Shown in pieces: positions 8,717-21,124 of a DNA stretch of 37,092 nucleotides. Origin of the DNA: Aduncisulcus paluster (taxonomy: Eukaryota); contig BQXS01012511.1 in assembly GCA_024181965.1 (NCBI GenBank), positions 1 through 37,092 on the forward strand. The letters are read 5' to 3'. The notes beneath the pieces were generated by a model. That model searched no databases and was not told the origin of the DNA. It worked only from the letters and a program-made list of their open reading frames with translations. Both the position numbers and the translations under genes were made by a program. The stretch's first letter is position 1. Each line of letters opens with the position of its first letter.

Positions 8717-11545
8717 ATGAGTTCATATACACCCATTCAAAGTGTGAGAGCTGAATTTTTCCATAAAGAAACTATATCTCATGAATCCAGAGATAAAATA
8801 TGGCCAAAATATCAAGTAGGGCCCAGGTATGAATATGAAATTCCCTTGATGCCAGGGCAAGATAGAGAAAAAGAGGGGTCTGAATATCCTGATTCAAGGG
8901 AACGTTCGTCGACCACATCCACTCAATCGTACCCATTCCAGCGTCATAGTCCCACTGGTCGCCTCCATTCCATCTCCCCCCCACTCTCTGTCTCTCCTCG
9001 GACGGCTGTTCTATCACGTGATGTCCGTATCTCGACTCTGATCCATAGTAATCAGATTCTGAGTGTAGCATTGGAGGAAGAGCGACAACAGCGTGAGAAG
9101 AGGAAAGAAGAGAGGAGGCGACGGAGGCGGCGTGAAGAAGAGGAACGGAAAGAGAGAGAAAATGAAAGAAAAAGGCTAGAAGAAAAACGGAAGAGCGATG
9201 ACCGTCTTCGAGAGGAAAGAATAAGAAAAGACGAAAGAGATCGTCGTTTGGAGCGTGAACGGATGCAACAAAAAGAGAGATCCACGAATAGAGAGCTTCT
9301 CAATCACTCCTTGCATTCTCCTTCACAGCTTTCTCATCCAGAATCGAGAAGATCTGTTACTTTCCAAGTGGCACAAGGGATTGATCATGATAATGGACCT
9401 ATAAGAACAGGCGTTATCGGTAGCCATATCGGGAGTAATCCTTCTGCTTCTATCTCCTCCCTTTCTTCAACTGTTGAAAGACTGGATATGTTGAAGAGAT
9501 CGGTCAGAGAGAGTGAAAAACGCATTCAAGATGCAAGGAGAGGGCAGAAAGAAGTCGAGGGACAGCATGACATAGAGAAAAAGATGCTTCAGGCAAAGGT
9601 TCTTAAGGAAGCTGATAGCGAACTTGGAGCCAAACAATCATCCAAACAATTATCCAATCCATCCAAGTTTGCAAGACATCGTTTCTCTGATCGAATTACT
9701 CAAGAATCTTCTGATGCCACAGCTGCTTCAAGAACACCTTCCTCTTCTTCTTCTTCTTCTTCTTCTTCCGCTTCTTCCGCTCCTTCCGCTCCTTCTTCTT
9801 CCTCATTATCTTCATTATCACCCCATCCTCGCACTAAAGGAGGTATACCTCACATTATGCTCTACTCCTTCACTGCTCGTTCCCACAAGCCGTCTGAGAT
9901 ATCGGTTAGGGCCGGCGAGGAAGTTTGGGTTGTGACGAAAGCAGGAGATGGCTGGACTCTCGTATGCCGTGGTGACGGAGAAATGGGAGTTGTTCCCACA
10001 GATTATCTTGGGAAACAGGTAAAGAAGAAGAAGAAGTCGCCAAAGACTGCTGATGCAAAGCATATTGATGGAACTGAGGGTGAGAAGAGAGAGAAGAGAG
10101 AGAAGAGAGAGGAAGTGAGTGGTAAAACAAAACATAAGGATTCTAAAAAAGAGCTGCCATCGAAAGATTCTTCCAAACATGACATTCCACATGCTTCTCT
10201 CGATGGTTCTGATTCTGAGAAAGATGATAGAAAAGTAGATAAACAAGAACCATTGTCTCCAAATGCTGGCAGTGAGGGTGAAGATATGGATTCCAAGACT
10301 TCTCCTCCTCTTCTCAAACATATAGATATGGACAGTGGCAGACCAACAACAAAGCCACACTCAGACAGTATCAAGGGCTCTGATATTCATTCTGAGACTG
10401 ATGGTATCGATCATACTCCCCCTCTCGAAGCCATGTCTCCTTCCTCCACAGAGCTCATTGATAGCGAGCATATCATTGATAGTGATCCTCACATGGATGA
10501 TTCTGCATCTGAAATGTCACCTCTCAAATCCAGATTAAAACAAAGGACTGGTGGAAAGAAAGGTTCATCAAAGAAGAGTTCTAAGAAACGATCCTCAAAG
10601 CGAAAGGGTAAAAAATCATCGTCAGAGTCTAAAACTAAAATCCCTGATATCCCTCCTCCTCTTGCTCCTGCTCCCACTTCCTCTTCTTCTTCCTCTTCTT
10701 CTTCCTCTTCTTCTTCCTCTTCTTCTTCCTCTTCCTCTTCCTCTTCCGCTCCTCGTGGACCCACAAAGCTTGTATTTAGACGTGTTGCTATGCCACCATA
10801 CCCCATTGTTTACACTCCATTGTGTGACAAGGAAGCCGTTGCAATGCTCCGAGGTGACATATTCCTTCGTCATTTTGATAATGGGACAATGGTTGAGCAG
10901 AAAATGTGCATAAACAATTCATTTGACAAAATACTTATGGGCACTGAAAAAGCAATAGAAAAGGAGAAGAAACGTCTTCGAATCGTTGAAGAGAAAAAGA
11001 AGCACCAACAAGCAAAACGATATAAATCAATGTACCATCTTATACATTCTGGAGATTTGAATGCCATGCGAGGACGTTCTTCTCGAGAGATTGTGTCTCC
11101 ATTCGTGATTGGAGAGAAATTCCAAGGTTCATCTTCCTCTGGCGTTCCTTTCAAGTCCTCTAGGACTCTGATAACATCGATGAGTCATAATAAGATGACA
11201 TTCATGGGTCTTCCGGGGTTCTATTCTCCTTCACATAATCTCAAATGTATTGATGTCGGTCGTATCATGTCAATTTATGTTGATCCCATATCTCCTTCTC
11301 TTCTTGTCATTCGCATAGCTGTTGGTTCCTCAGCTGTCAAGAAATATACACACTCGTTCAAGGAGGGTGTTGTGATGATGTCAGACTTCTTGGAGGAGTC
11401 AAAGATTGAAGAAATCACATTGCAGGCAAGAAATGGACAGTTGGCAGCATTATGGTGCGATTTGTTCACAAGACTCGTTCAAACAGTCACGCAAACCATA
11501 CCAAATCCATTATATGGAGTGTTTGTTGAACGCGTTCCGAAATAG
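8717..11545 (+). CDS. SH3-domain protein with a charged coiled coil, poly-Ser tracts and a possible split PH-like C-terminal domain
   Basis: The SH3 motif MLYSFTA…SEISVRAGEEVWVV…DGWTLV…GEMGVVPTDYL lies at ~9850-10010. The N-terminal part has an E/R/K-rich helix. The C-terminal ITLQA.N...A.LW...F pattern resembles the end of a PH domain. First ATG is at 8717. Confidence 0.8.
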   Translation: MSSYTPIQSVRAEFFHKETISHESRDKIWPKYQVGPRYEYEIPLMPGQDREKEGSEYPDSRERSSTTSTQSYPFQRHSPTGRLHSISPPLSVSPRTAVLSRDVRISTLIHSNQILSVALEEERQQREKRKEERRRRRRREEEERKERENERKRLEEKRKSDDRLREERIRKDERDRRLERERMQQKERSTNRELLNHSLHSPSQLSHPESRRSVTFQVAQGIDHDNGPIRTGVIGSHIGSNPSASISSLSSTVERLDMLKRSVRESEKRIQDARRGQKEVEGQHDIEKKMLQAKVLKEADSELGAKQSSKQLSNPSKFARHRFSDRITQESSDATAASRTPSSSSSSSSSSASSAPSAPSSSSLSSLSPHPRTKGGIPHIMLYSFTARSHKPSEISVRAGEEVWVVTKAGDGWTLVCRGDGEMGVVPTDYLGKQVKKKKKSPKTADAKHIDGTEGEKREKREKREEVSGKTKHKDSKKELPSKDSSKHDIPHASLDGSDSEKDDRKVDKQEPLSPNAGSEGEDMDSKTSPPLLKHIDMDSGRPTTKPHSDSIKGSDIHSETDGIDHTPPLEAMSPSSTELIDSEHIIDSDPHMDDSASEMSPLKSRLKQRTGGKKGSSKKSSKKRSSKRKGKKSSSESKTKIPDIPPPLAPAPTSSSSSSSSSSSSSSSSSSSSSSSAPRGPTKLVFRRVAMPPYPIVYTPLCDKEAVAMLRGDIFLRHFDNGTMVEQKMCINNSFDKILMGTEKAIEKEKKRLRIVEEKKKHQQAKRYKSMYHLIHSGDLNAMRGRSSREIVSPFVIGEKFQGSSSSGVPFKSSRTLITSMSHNKMTFMGLPGFYSPSHNLKCIDVGRIMSIYVDPISPSLLVIRIAVGSSAVKKYTHSFKEGVVMMSDFLEESKIEEITLQARNGQLAALWCDLFTRLVQTVTQTIPNPLYGVFVERVPK

Positions 11546-11996
11546 TCGTTTGTATCTCTCTTTATATCATTATGAAAAATGATTTTTTTCACTTTTTAGA
11601 TAAATATTATTATGAATCTATTCTTTTTTTATTATTATTATTTTATTTCATGTAAAAAAGGGGAAAACAATCTCATGACTCATGACTCATGACTATTTTT
11701 CTTCTTTAATACTACACGCCTTTTCCTTCATATGAAGGCCTCATATATATTCTTTTTCTTTTTAAGTATTTAAGTTCATCAAAAACAATCAATTTATTTA
11801 TTGCAATCATTAGATCAACCCTCTTGATTCTTCATTTCTGAGCAGTTCAGAAATTCTGAGAGTAAAGAAAGGCTTTCAAATTTCTTTTTCTCGCTATATA
11901 GATCTCATCTTATAAGATTAGGCTTCTTGCCAACTTGGGGATCCCATGTGAGAAGAGATAATCGTTCATTAATTTCACTTTTCTCTGTAGTTACTA

Positions 11997-14900
11997 CTAT
12001 AGTGTAGTAGTAAAAACAAGGGAGGAAATACCGAAATATAGAGATTTTTCCTCTTCCCACGTTCCTTTCCCTTCAATCTCACACAATACGATATTATCGA
12101 AATCAATAGGAAGGAAGTGCCATTCATATATATGTTCAGGTCTTGTGAATTCATACCTTATGAATGTCTTCTTACCATCACAATCAGTGAAAGTGAAGAG
12201 AAGAGAGGGTGAACTATAGTTTGCACTCACACAGATATAAGCACCTTGCACAAAATTAGGGGATGGAAAAGGGATGGAAAGATGGGATAATAAAACTTTC
12301 TGCTCACCTTTTAGCATTTTTTGTGCATCTGAACTTTGCTCATAATCCTTTGATTCCTTACTATATGAACAATGTTTTCCTTTAACCATTGAGAAAGATG
12401 GAGTAATGATCTTTGGATCATCACGTGGAATAGGAATAGAATCTCTACTTTCTGACCTTTTATCACCTTCCTGAACAAATTCTGATTTTACAACAGGAGA
12501 TTCAGACCATAGTTTTTCTCGGCATTCACGAATTTTTGCCTCTTCAGAAGTTTCATTTCGGAAGAAAAAGAGGGATTTAATTTTAAAAGACTCAAGTCTC
12601 CTTCCTTTTCCTGTAATTTCACACAAAATAACATCAGGGAGATCAATAGAAAGAAAATACCAATGCTCATCTCGAAATAATGGAGGAAATTCATATTTCT
12701 TGACTTTTTTATCACCTCCTGAAGATATAAAAGTGAAGGTAAGATGTGATGGAGGTGAATCCCAGTTATATATACAAATATAAGCTCCCTTGATTGAGTG
12801 AGATGAAGAGAAAGGAATGGATATATGGGTTAGGCTTCGATAATTATACTCTCCTTTCATCATCTTTTGTGCAAAAGAACTCATATCATATCCATTGGTA
12901 CCTTTTCCTTTTGTTCCATCTATTCCTTTGATAGTTGGAAAGTGAGGACTCTGAACATTGGGAGAATCTCTGGGAATTGGACAATACCATGAATCTCCTT
13001 CATAAATGAACTCTGGTTTCACAAGTTGAATACTGGGTTTAGATGAACTCTTTGCTGCGATAGAAAATGTCATATCATCTTCTACGGATGCCATTTCAGT
13101 TCCTGTATTACTTCCGCTACTAGTGTCTATGGTATAAGTTGAACTTAAAGGAATTGATTGAATTCCATCGCCTCTCCTCTCCATTTCAGATTGAGTTGTT
13201 GTTGTTGAACTGAAAGGAATTCCTTTTTTCATCGCTATTTCCGAGGAATCTAATGAAATTTTTTGTAAAATGGGTGTATCATGTTCTTTGTCACGTTCTT
13301 TACACACAAGATCCTTATCATGCTCTGACAATTGGAACTGTGTACTATGAATTGAACTCATAGCACTAAGCGAGAAAGTGTCTTTTGAGATACCTAATGG
13401 GAAGATATGATAGCCAGAGCCATCCACACCTGTATCTTTATCTTCAATCTGAGTGACATGTTCTCTTTCTTCCTCTTCTTCCTCAAGCTTCTTCTTTTCC
13501 TCAATCTTTGGAGATATTCTTGTCTTACTTCCACTACTAGTGTCTATAGTATAGCTTGAACTTACAGGAAGAGTTTGATTGCCATCTCCTGTTTTCTTCT
13601 CCATTTCAGATGGACTTGTTGTTGTTAAAGTGGGTGTAGCATGTCTTGGTGATGATTCACTATCTTGTTTCTGTTTTTCACTCTCATCTTCCTTTACCTC
13701 TTCAATACATCCAGAGTTACCCCCATGTTTTAAAAGCTGACGTTTTACAATATCCTCAACGGATGGACATATAAACCCTTCTCCAATCTGGGGTAGTACA
13801 ATCTTTGGAAGCAAATCTTTGATGGATTGCACCTTCTTTCGAGCTTTATGAACACTCATACGTTCATCTTCATCTTTTTTGGTGAGACCTGTGAATATTT
13901 CATTCAAACATGCATGAACAGGTTGGAATTTCCCATCTTCAATGGTTCGTAATGTTTTGAAGAGATCAGAAGAACATAATCTGGGAACTCTATTCTTTTC
14001 CATCAGACTCAGCATGGTATACATAATATCATAACTATTATCAACACCTCGAAATACAGGCATGGATATGAAGGGATCAGTGCATTGGAACAAGGCAAGA
14101 ATCGACATTCCAAGAGAATATCCATCACTCTTTTGAGTCTGTTTTCCTTCACAGAGAGTCTCATAAGAATTATACACGATAGTTCCACACGCAGAGGGTT
14201 TAGGTTGTGAAAGTCGTTTTTCTTGTTTGGTGGAAGAAGAGGAAGGAATATAACTCTTGGAAGTTACAGATGATGTGATAGAATCTAAGACTTGGACCAT
14301 TCCAAGATCAGAGAGAACAATTGTACATTTCTTTGAATCATGATCAACACGAACAAGGAAGTTGTCTGGTTTAACATCTCGATGAATAAGACTCTTCTTT
14401 GCTCTAAACACATCATCAAGACACTCAATCATGCCAACACAGAGAGCACTCACTTTAACAGGGTTAAGTCTCATGGGATCAAAATGAGTTGTGTCAATAT
14501 CATTCTTGGAGTCAGAATCAGAAATACAAGATGAATCAGAATCTTCACTATCATCAGCATCACCAATATCACTCACATACTTGCCATCATCACACCAACT
14601 TCTAGCAAATGCACTCACACTACCTCCAGCACAATATTCCATGATAAATCCATATTCACCTTTCATATCTGCATCAAGCAGGTCAAGGATATACAAAGGA
14701 CGAGGGATACGATTGAAACATTTGGGGTTGTTAAATAACTTTCGTTGCATCTTGAACTCCTTTCGGCATCCTTTAACAACCCTTTCATCAGCTTCATGGA
14801 GCATTTTCTTCAGAACACAAGGAATGGGAATACCTTCAACTTCAACAAGAAGAACTTTACCAAATCCACCATGACCAATGATGCACTGAGGAGTCATGGT

Positions 14901-17900
14901 TGCAGAGGAAGTTAGGGTGAAAGAGTTTGGTTTGATAAGCTTTGTGGAATCTGAAGGAAGGGGAGGAATGTCTTCACCTTTAATGAAAATAAGGGATTTT
15001 AGAGAAAAAGTTCGACTCAACCCCTTTTTCCATGTCCCTTTTCCCTGAATCTCACATAATCTAACGTTTGGAAGATCAATAGGAAGAAAGTAATATTCAG
15101 ATTTATGTAGAATTTCTGTGAATTCATACCTCTTGGATATCTTCTCTCCATTAGAAAGAGTGAAAGTGAAGAGAAGAGCAGGGAGAAAATATTTAGGAAC
15201 AGAAATATATGCACCTTTAATTGAATTAAGTGATGGGAAAGGGATGGAAAGATGGGATAAGGAGAATGCAATACCTTCCCCCTTTAACATTTTTTGTGCA
15301 TCTAAACTCCGATCATACTCCTTAGATTCCTTACAATAGACATCATTCTTTCCCTGAACATGTGAAAATGAAGGCTTTATGATTGATGGATCATCACGTG
15401 GAATGGGAATATAATCTTCAGATGCTTCCTTAATGAATTCGGGTTTAATCGATACAACTCCTTTCCACTGTTTTTTAAATAATAATTCTTTAACTTCTCG
15501 ATCAATCTCTTCATCAGGAGTTTCTTCTCGATAAAAAGCAAGGGAAGAAATAGAAAAATTCTCCCTTTCTTCTTCGTCTCCTTTGATATCTCTTTTGATA
15601 TCACATGAAACAACATCAGAGAGACCAATTGAAAGCTTAAACCAACGAACTGTGGATTCAGTATCAAATTGATATAAATATGATATTTTGCTTCTATTTG
15701 AAGAAGTAAATGTGAATATAAGAGATAAAGATTTACGATATGATAGACAGATATAGGCACATTTTATAGATGTTGATGATTTGAAAGGAATGGAAATATG
15801 AGAAAACTCAGAATTATAAAAAATATCCAATCCTCTCATCATCTTTTGTGCAAACTCGCTCGTATCAACATATCCATCTTTTTGTTTCTTTCTTGCATTA
15901 ATTTCAATAAAATCTGGACTGATAAATATTGGATCATCTCGAGGGATTAGAATGCATGAATGATCTCCTCTATAGATATATTCAACTGTTCCCAATAAAA
16001 TACGTTGTTTGATGAAAACTAAAGAAGTTATTGAAAAACATCGACTATTCTTACATCTCCACGTTCCTTTTCCTTCAATCTCACACAATACAACATTATC
16101 CAAATCAATAGGAAGGAAGTGCCATTCATATGAATGTTTAGGTTCAGGTCTTGTGAATTCATACTTCTTGTATATCTTCTTACCATCACAATCAGTGAAA
16201 GTGAAGAGAAGAGAGGGTGAACTATCATTCCAATCCACACAGATATAAGCACCTTTCATTGGACTGGGTGATGGGAAAGGGATGGAAAGATGGGATAATT
16301 TCACCCTACCTTCACCTTTCAACATTTCTTGAGCTTTTTCACTTTGGTCATACTCCTTAGATTCCTTACAATACGAATCCTTACTTACCGTATCATTCTT
16401 TCCCTTGACCATCTCAAAAGAAGGATTATTAACGGCTGCATTACCACGTGGAATGGGGATGGCAGATGCATCGCCAGAATTCATAAACTCTGATTTAATG
16501 GTGGGCTACATATCATTTTTGAAAAAGAGATATATAATGGTATTAGAAACAAATCGAGAGATAATATTGTAAAATAAGATTAGCGTGAATCGTATCAAAT
16601 AATAAAACAAAGAAATGTGAACATATTAAACCAATAAAATATAATGAACATACAGCTTTAGACCATTGTTCCTCAATGGATTCTCGAATATAAGGTTCTT
16701 CAGAGGTTTCTTCTCGAAGGAATACGAGGGAGAGGATGAAAAAACATCGACTATTCTTCTCTTTCCATATTCCTTTCCCTTCAATCTCACACAATACAAC
16801 ATTATCCAGATCAATAGGAAGGAAGTGCCATTCATAGTCATGTTTAGGTCTTGTGAATTCATACTTCTTGCGTGTCTTCTTACCATCACAATCAGTGAAA
16901 GTGAAGAGAAGAGAGGGTGAACTATCATACTTATAAACACAGATATAAGCACCTTTCATTGGACTAGGTGATGGGAAAGGAATGGAAAGATGGGATAATC
17001 GAACAAACCAATCCCCTTTTAACATTCTTTGTGCATCTGAACTCTGATCAAACTCCTCAGATTCCTTACTCTTCGAATCATCCTTGCACTTTACCATTGA
17101 GAATGAAGGATCTACAAGCTTTGGATCACCACGCGGAATAGGAATAGAATATCTACCTTGAGAATTTCTATCTCCTTCCTGAACAAACTCTGGTTTCACA
17201 ACTTGAGCTTCTGACCATAGTTTCTCTCGAAAAGCTTCTTTGGCTTCACGAAATATAGTTTCTTCATGTGTTTCTTCTCGAAAAAATATGAGGGAGTAGA
17301 TTTCAAAAGACTCTTCCTTTCTTCCTTTCCCTGTAATCTCACACAGAACAACATCAGAGAGATCAATAGGGAGAAAGAACCAGCTTGTTTTTTCTAATTC
17401 AGGAAATTCATATTTTTTAACCATTTTCTCCCCCTTTGAAGATGTAAGAGAGAAGATAAGGTGTGAAGGTGATCGGGTATATCCTCCTCCAATACAAATA
17501 TAAGCACCTTTAATGGGAGTAGACGTGGAAAAAGGAAGGGAAATATCTGTAAATGCCCCCCAATAACCCTCTCCTTCCATCATCTTTCCTGCATTAAAAC
17601 TCTGATCATATTCTCTATCACCTCTTCCCTTGGTCCTATTCTTAGCTTCAATAACAGTTATATCAGGACTCTTAACATTTGGGGCATCTCGAGGAATTGG
17701 AAAGCTAGTTAAATAACCTTCATGAATAAACTTTGGTTTAACTTCTTGAATCTAATAAATTAATTGAGATTTTGGTGGAAATAAAGCAATAAAAAACACC
17801 CGAAAGAGAAAAAGGGTTATGAAAGCAATATGGGCATTATTTTTCAAATTAATTATATCAAACATCATAAAATGTATAAATTCGAAAACTTTCAGAAACA

Positions 17901-17942
17901 TACAATATCTTGGCCACTTTCTGAGCTTGATTTTGGATCCAT
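11997..17942 (-). CDS. Ser/Thr protein kinase flanked by seven ~165-aa repeats; 3 exons (17942-17904, 17751-16654, 16505-11997), ~1881 aa
   Basis: Kinase motifs are present: GHGGFGKV, VLKK, HRDVKPDN, DLG, GTIVYNSYE and KSDGYSLG. Two phase-0 GTATGT…TAG introns (17903-17752 and 16653-16506) join MDPKSSSESGQDI|IQEVKPKF… and …QWSKA|PTIKSEFMN… in frame. Confidence 0.9.
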
Positions 17943-18723
17943 TGTGTTCTAAAATGTCTATGATGAGAACACGAACAATAATAAAAATAATATGATAATT
18001 TTAACAAAGAATGTCACCACAATCATCGAACATGAAGTGAGTTTCAAGGAGGAAATGAGGACAAGAACACAAAAGAACAGCCAGCAAGAATCAGTAAATA
18101 AAACATGGTGATTATGGATTGAGAAGAATGTAATCTCGAATAAACAAAGAATTATGACATACAATATTTATGAAGTGTTGAATTTATCCCAAAAGAAGAT
18201 ACTATTTCTTATTTCATAAAATTGAGTATTAAAACCCCATTTATTGAATAAAATTTAATAGTATAATTCAAAAATAGAAAAATATTTATTATAATATCCA
18301 AGATTGAGCTGAGAACCCCCTCAATAATGAATACCATTCAAATTTCCAAGATATATGAGATTAATAAGTACATTAAAAGATTATTATGGGTCAAACACCA
18401 TCATACAACGAGCCTTATCACAAAGTATGATGGAATTGTAACTATCATCATCCATTTCCGACCAAAGTGAACTTCACTTTAATATTGAATATTCTACGTA
18501 TAAATCCTCGAAAGGATTTCATATCTTCATAAATTACAACAAATAAATTATAATAGACTCTTATATAGACGAAAAAGTTCGCAGCTAGAAAAGGAAGATA
18601 ATATTTATGGTATTTTGTATCGTATAAATATAATATAACAGTACAACGAAAAACAATAACAATAAATAAAAATAAAAATATAATAAAAATAAAATAAATA
18701 AAAAAAACTATTATTTTTATAGT

Positions 18724-20238
18724 TTATACTCTAATGGTGCTACAAATTGATTTTAAATCGTGAACTTCCGCGCTAAGGTTTTGAGTCTCTCGAAATGACA
18801 ACAAACTTGAAGTTAGTGCAGACTCAAGTGATGTCAAGAGTTGTTTATCAGAAAATATCCCAAGACACTCATTTTCAGAGAGTAAATATAGAGAATGGAG
18901 ATGTTGAACGTGGGAGATTGCTAGAACAGTGACTAATTCAATAAATTCAGAAAGAAACACATAATCAGTGGTCGGAATCACTGCCAAATCTACAAATCTC
19001 TCGGCAATAGGAAGAAGGGAAGGGTGTCTGAAATTGAAACCTAACTCAATTAAAGCATTAAGAGTTTCATCACGAGATATGACTTTTCTTCTACCGCTTG
19101 TTGTACAATACGCAGGATTCTCAAGACAAATGGGGTTTGTGTGAGGCAAATTATCCTCAGAATTATAGCTGTATGTGATAAAACACACAGGATCTTCATA
19201 TATATCCTCATTATTCGACTCGCTAGAATACTCTCTATAATTGGAATCAGATTTAGAGGAAGAGGAGGAAGAAGATGGATTAGAATTATCGATTAGATCA
19301 GAATCTTGATCATTGTGCTCAAATTCAGTGGTAGAAGAGGTCAAAGAACATGATGATTTGTCATAATCATTGGAATCAATACTACACGTGAAATCAGAAT
19401 TGAAATTATCACTATCAGTTTCATTATTATTGATAAATGGCTCAGATTTTAAATTGTTTTCATCAAAAAATGTCGAATTCGAATCAGATGACCCCTCGAA
19501 GGAGTAGGACTCAGAGGAGTACGTATTATCTGAAATCTCTTGGCATCTTCCGTATCTTTCGTATCCTGTAGTGGTAAATACAGTCACGGCTGCCAAAAGA
19601 AGGTTCTCAGCTTGCTTATACTCATCATATCTGATTACGTTGTCATCAACATCATAACAGAATAAATTAAAAATATTGTTCGTGATCCGGGGAGAAAATT
19701 CAACATTAATCATATCTCCAGATATTCCCATCATATTGGCGACAAGAATTGGGAGTTTTTCACTGAAAGCAGCCTTTGAGATTTCGAAACTTTCATCCGA
19801 GTCGATTAGATAGAAGTTGGAATGACTAACCTCTTCTGAAAATCGTAATTTCATGCCATTGGCCATTAAACCCATATCAATCCAGAAAAATGCAGTTTTC
19901 TTAAAAGAAACCCGGATGTTATCTTCTGGTTGAATTCCAAGCGAAATACACTCGGAAAACTCTTCTTCATATTGAGCAAATTCTTCTTCTGCCTCATGGA
20001 CATACCTATAGTCATCCTCCTTGGGAGTTCTCATCGTAAAGAATTCTGAATCACTTAAAGGATCCCAACGAGCAGTATAAACTGATTGTATAGAGTAAAA
20101 TATTATAATAATTGAACAAAAACAACAATATAATTTGTTGAGACTCATCATATATTTGCGGTACAACCCATAGTACAAGGAAAAAGAACGTTGTTTATGT
20201 TTTGATAATAATTCATCAATGAAGGAAAATTTTGACAT
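18724..20238 (-). CDS. Hypothetical acidic protein with a central Ser/Asp/Asn-rich region
   Basis: 504-codon ORF. The AT-rich stretch around 20160-20082 looks intron-like (ends CAATCAG), so the 5' structure is uncertain. No family recognised. Confidence 0.7.
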   Translation of the reverse strand: MSKFSFIDELLSKHKQRSFSLYYGLYRKYMMSLNKLYCCFCSIIIIFYSIQSVYTARWDPLSDSEFFTMRTPKEDDYRYVHEAEEEFAQYEEEFSECISLGIQPEDNIRVSFKKTAFFWIDMGLMANGMKLRFSEEVSHSNFYLIDSDESFEISKAAFSEKLPILVANMMGISGDMINVEFSPRITNNIFNLFCYDVDDNVIRYDEYKQAENLLLAAVTVFTTTGYERYGRCQEISDNTYSSESYSFEGSSDSNSTFFDENNLKSEPFINNNETDSDNFNSDFTCSIDSNDYDKSSCSLTSSTTEFEHNDQDSDLIDNSNPSSSSSSSKSDSNYREYSSESNNEDIYEDPVCFITYSYNSEDNLPHTNPICLENPAYCTTSGRRKVISRDETLNALIELGFNFRHPSLLPIAERFVDLAVIPTTDYVFLSEFIELVTVLAISHVQHLHSLYLLSENECLGIFSDKQLLTSLESALTSSLLSFRETQNLSAEVHDLKSICSTIRV

Positions 20239-20511
20239 TATATATGGGGTTTATTTTTATCAATCGAATGGTTTAACATTTGTATAAGTTTATTCCCACT
20301 GATAACGAGGTTGAAAATAGATTAGATGAAGCAGGATCATTTCACGGTTTTTAAATCCAAAAATAATGATTTCTCATCATTTCTATTTAATAATATTCCA
20401 ATCAGAAAATTCGTCTGACTTGGTAGAGTTGATTGGTTGTGGCCCATTGATTGTAACGGCTTTTACCTATTCATTGAGTCTTTATTTATTATAATTTGTT
20501 TATTTTGATTC

Positions 20512-20898
20512 ATGAGTGGCAAAATCTGTGACTTATGTGAATGTCAAGGGACTGAACATGATCTGAAAACGGATTCGAATGGTGTTACCGAGATGTGTGA
20601 TAAATGTGGTCATATCTTCTGTTCCGTTGAACCAAATTCTCAATGCCAATTTTGTAAAAAATTGCGAAGTGAATCTAAACTCCTTCGAGAAGTTGAGAAA
20701 CTCGAGAGTCTCCCGAAGGAATCCTCGGCCAAACTTGAGTTTGACGACGATTTATTCTTTGTAGATGCAATTCTTTACAGAGATACTCTCTTATCTAGGC
20801 AGCTTGATGATGAAGTCATGGGTAAACACGTGATTGATGATCAAAGTATCTGGACTCCTTCTATTGGGAAAAGAACTTCCCTTGTTGATTATTTGTAA
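20512..20898 (+). CDS. Small Cys-rich putative zinc-binding protein
   Basis: 128 aa with CDLC…CDKCGHIFC…CQFC followed by a helical charged region; the ATG follows an AT-rich leader. Confidence 0.6.
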   Translation: MSGKICDLCECQGTEHDLKTDSNGVTEMCDKCGHIFCSVEPNSQCQFCKKLRSESKLLREVEKLESLPKESSAKLEFDDDLFFVDAILYRDTLLSRQLDDEVMGKHVIDDQSIWTPSIGKRTSLVDYL

Positions 20899-21124
20899 TT
20901 TCTCACGGCTTTATTTATGCGTAATGGATTCATGTATATACATTTTCTGACTTTTTGTCTCTTTTTCAAGATCAGGCACCGGAACCCAAGTTCACTCTCG
21001 ACTTCTCGAAGAACGATGCTTATTCATTGCATTGTTCTACCAAAATGCAATCTGTTCGTCTTTTATTTAATTCCAGAAGATGCATCAGTGGTTTTTTTAT
21101 GATATTTTTTAAATTAAATTAAAT

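Noticed and set aside
9740-10750. TCT/TCC trinucleotide runs and the antisense poly-Glu/Arg or shifted poly-Leu ORFs they create
   Set aside because: These are poly-Ser tracts of the SH3 gene; the overlapping ORFs are shadows.
11672-11694. (CTCATGA)x3 tandem repeat containing AP-1-like TGACTCA
   Set aside because: It is a short microsatellite between convergent 3' ends, not in a promoter position.
18398-18519. 9-bp inverted repeat (CCATCATAC/GTATGATGG) and an AAATCCT-CGAA-AGGATTT hairpin
   Set aside because: Isolated, AT-rich and compatible with chance; no selenoprotein or element context.
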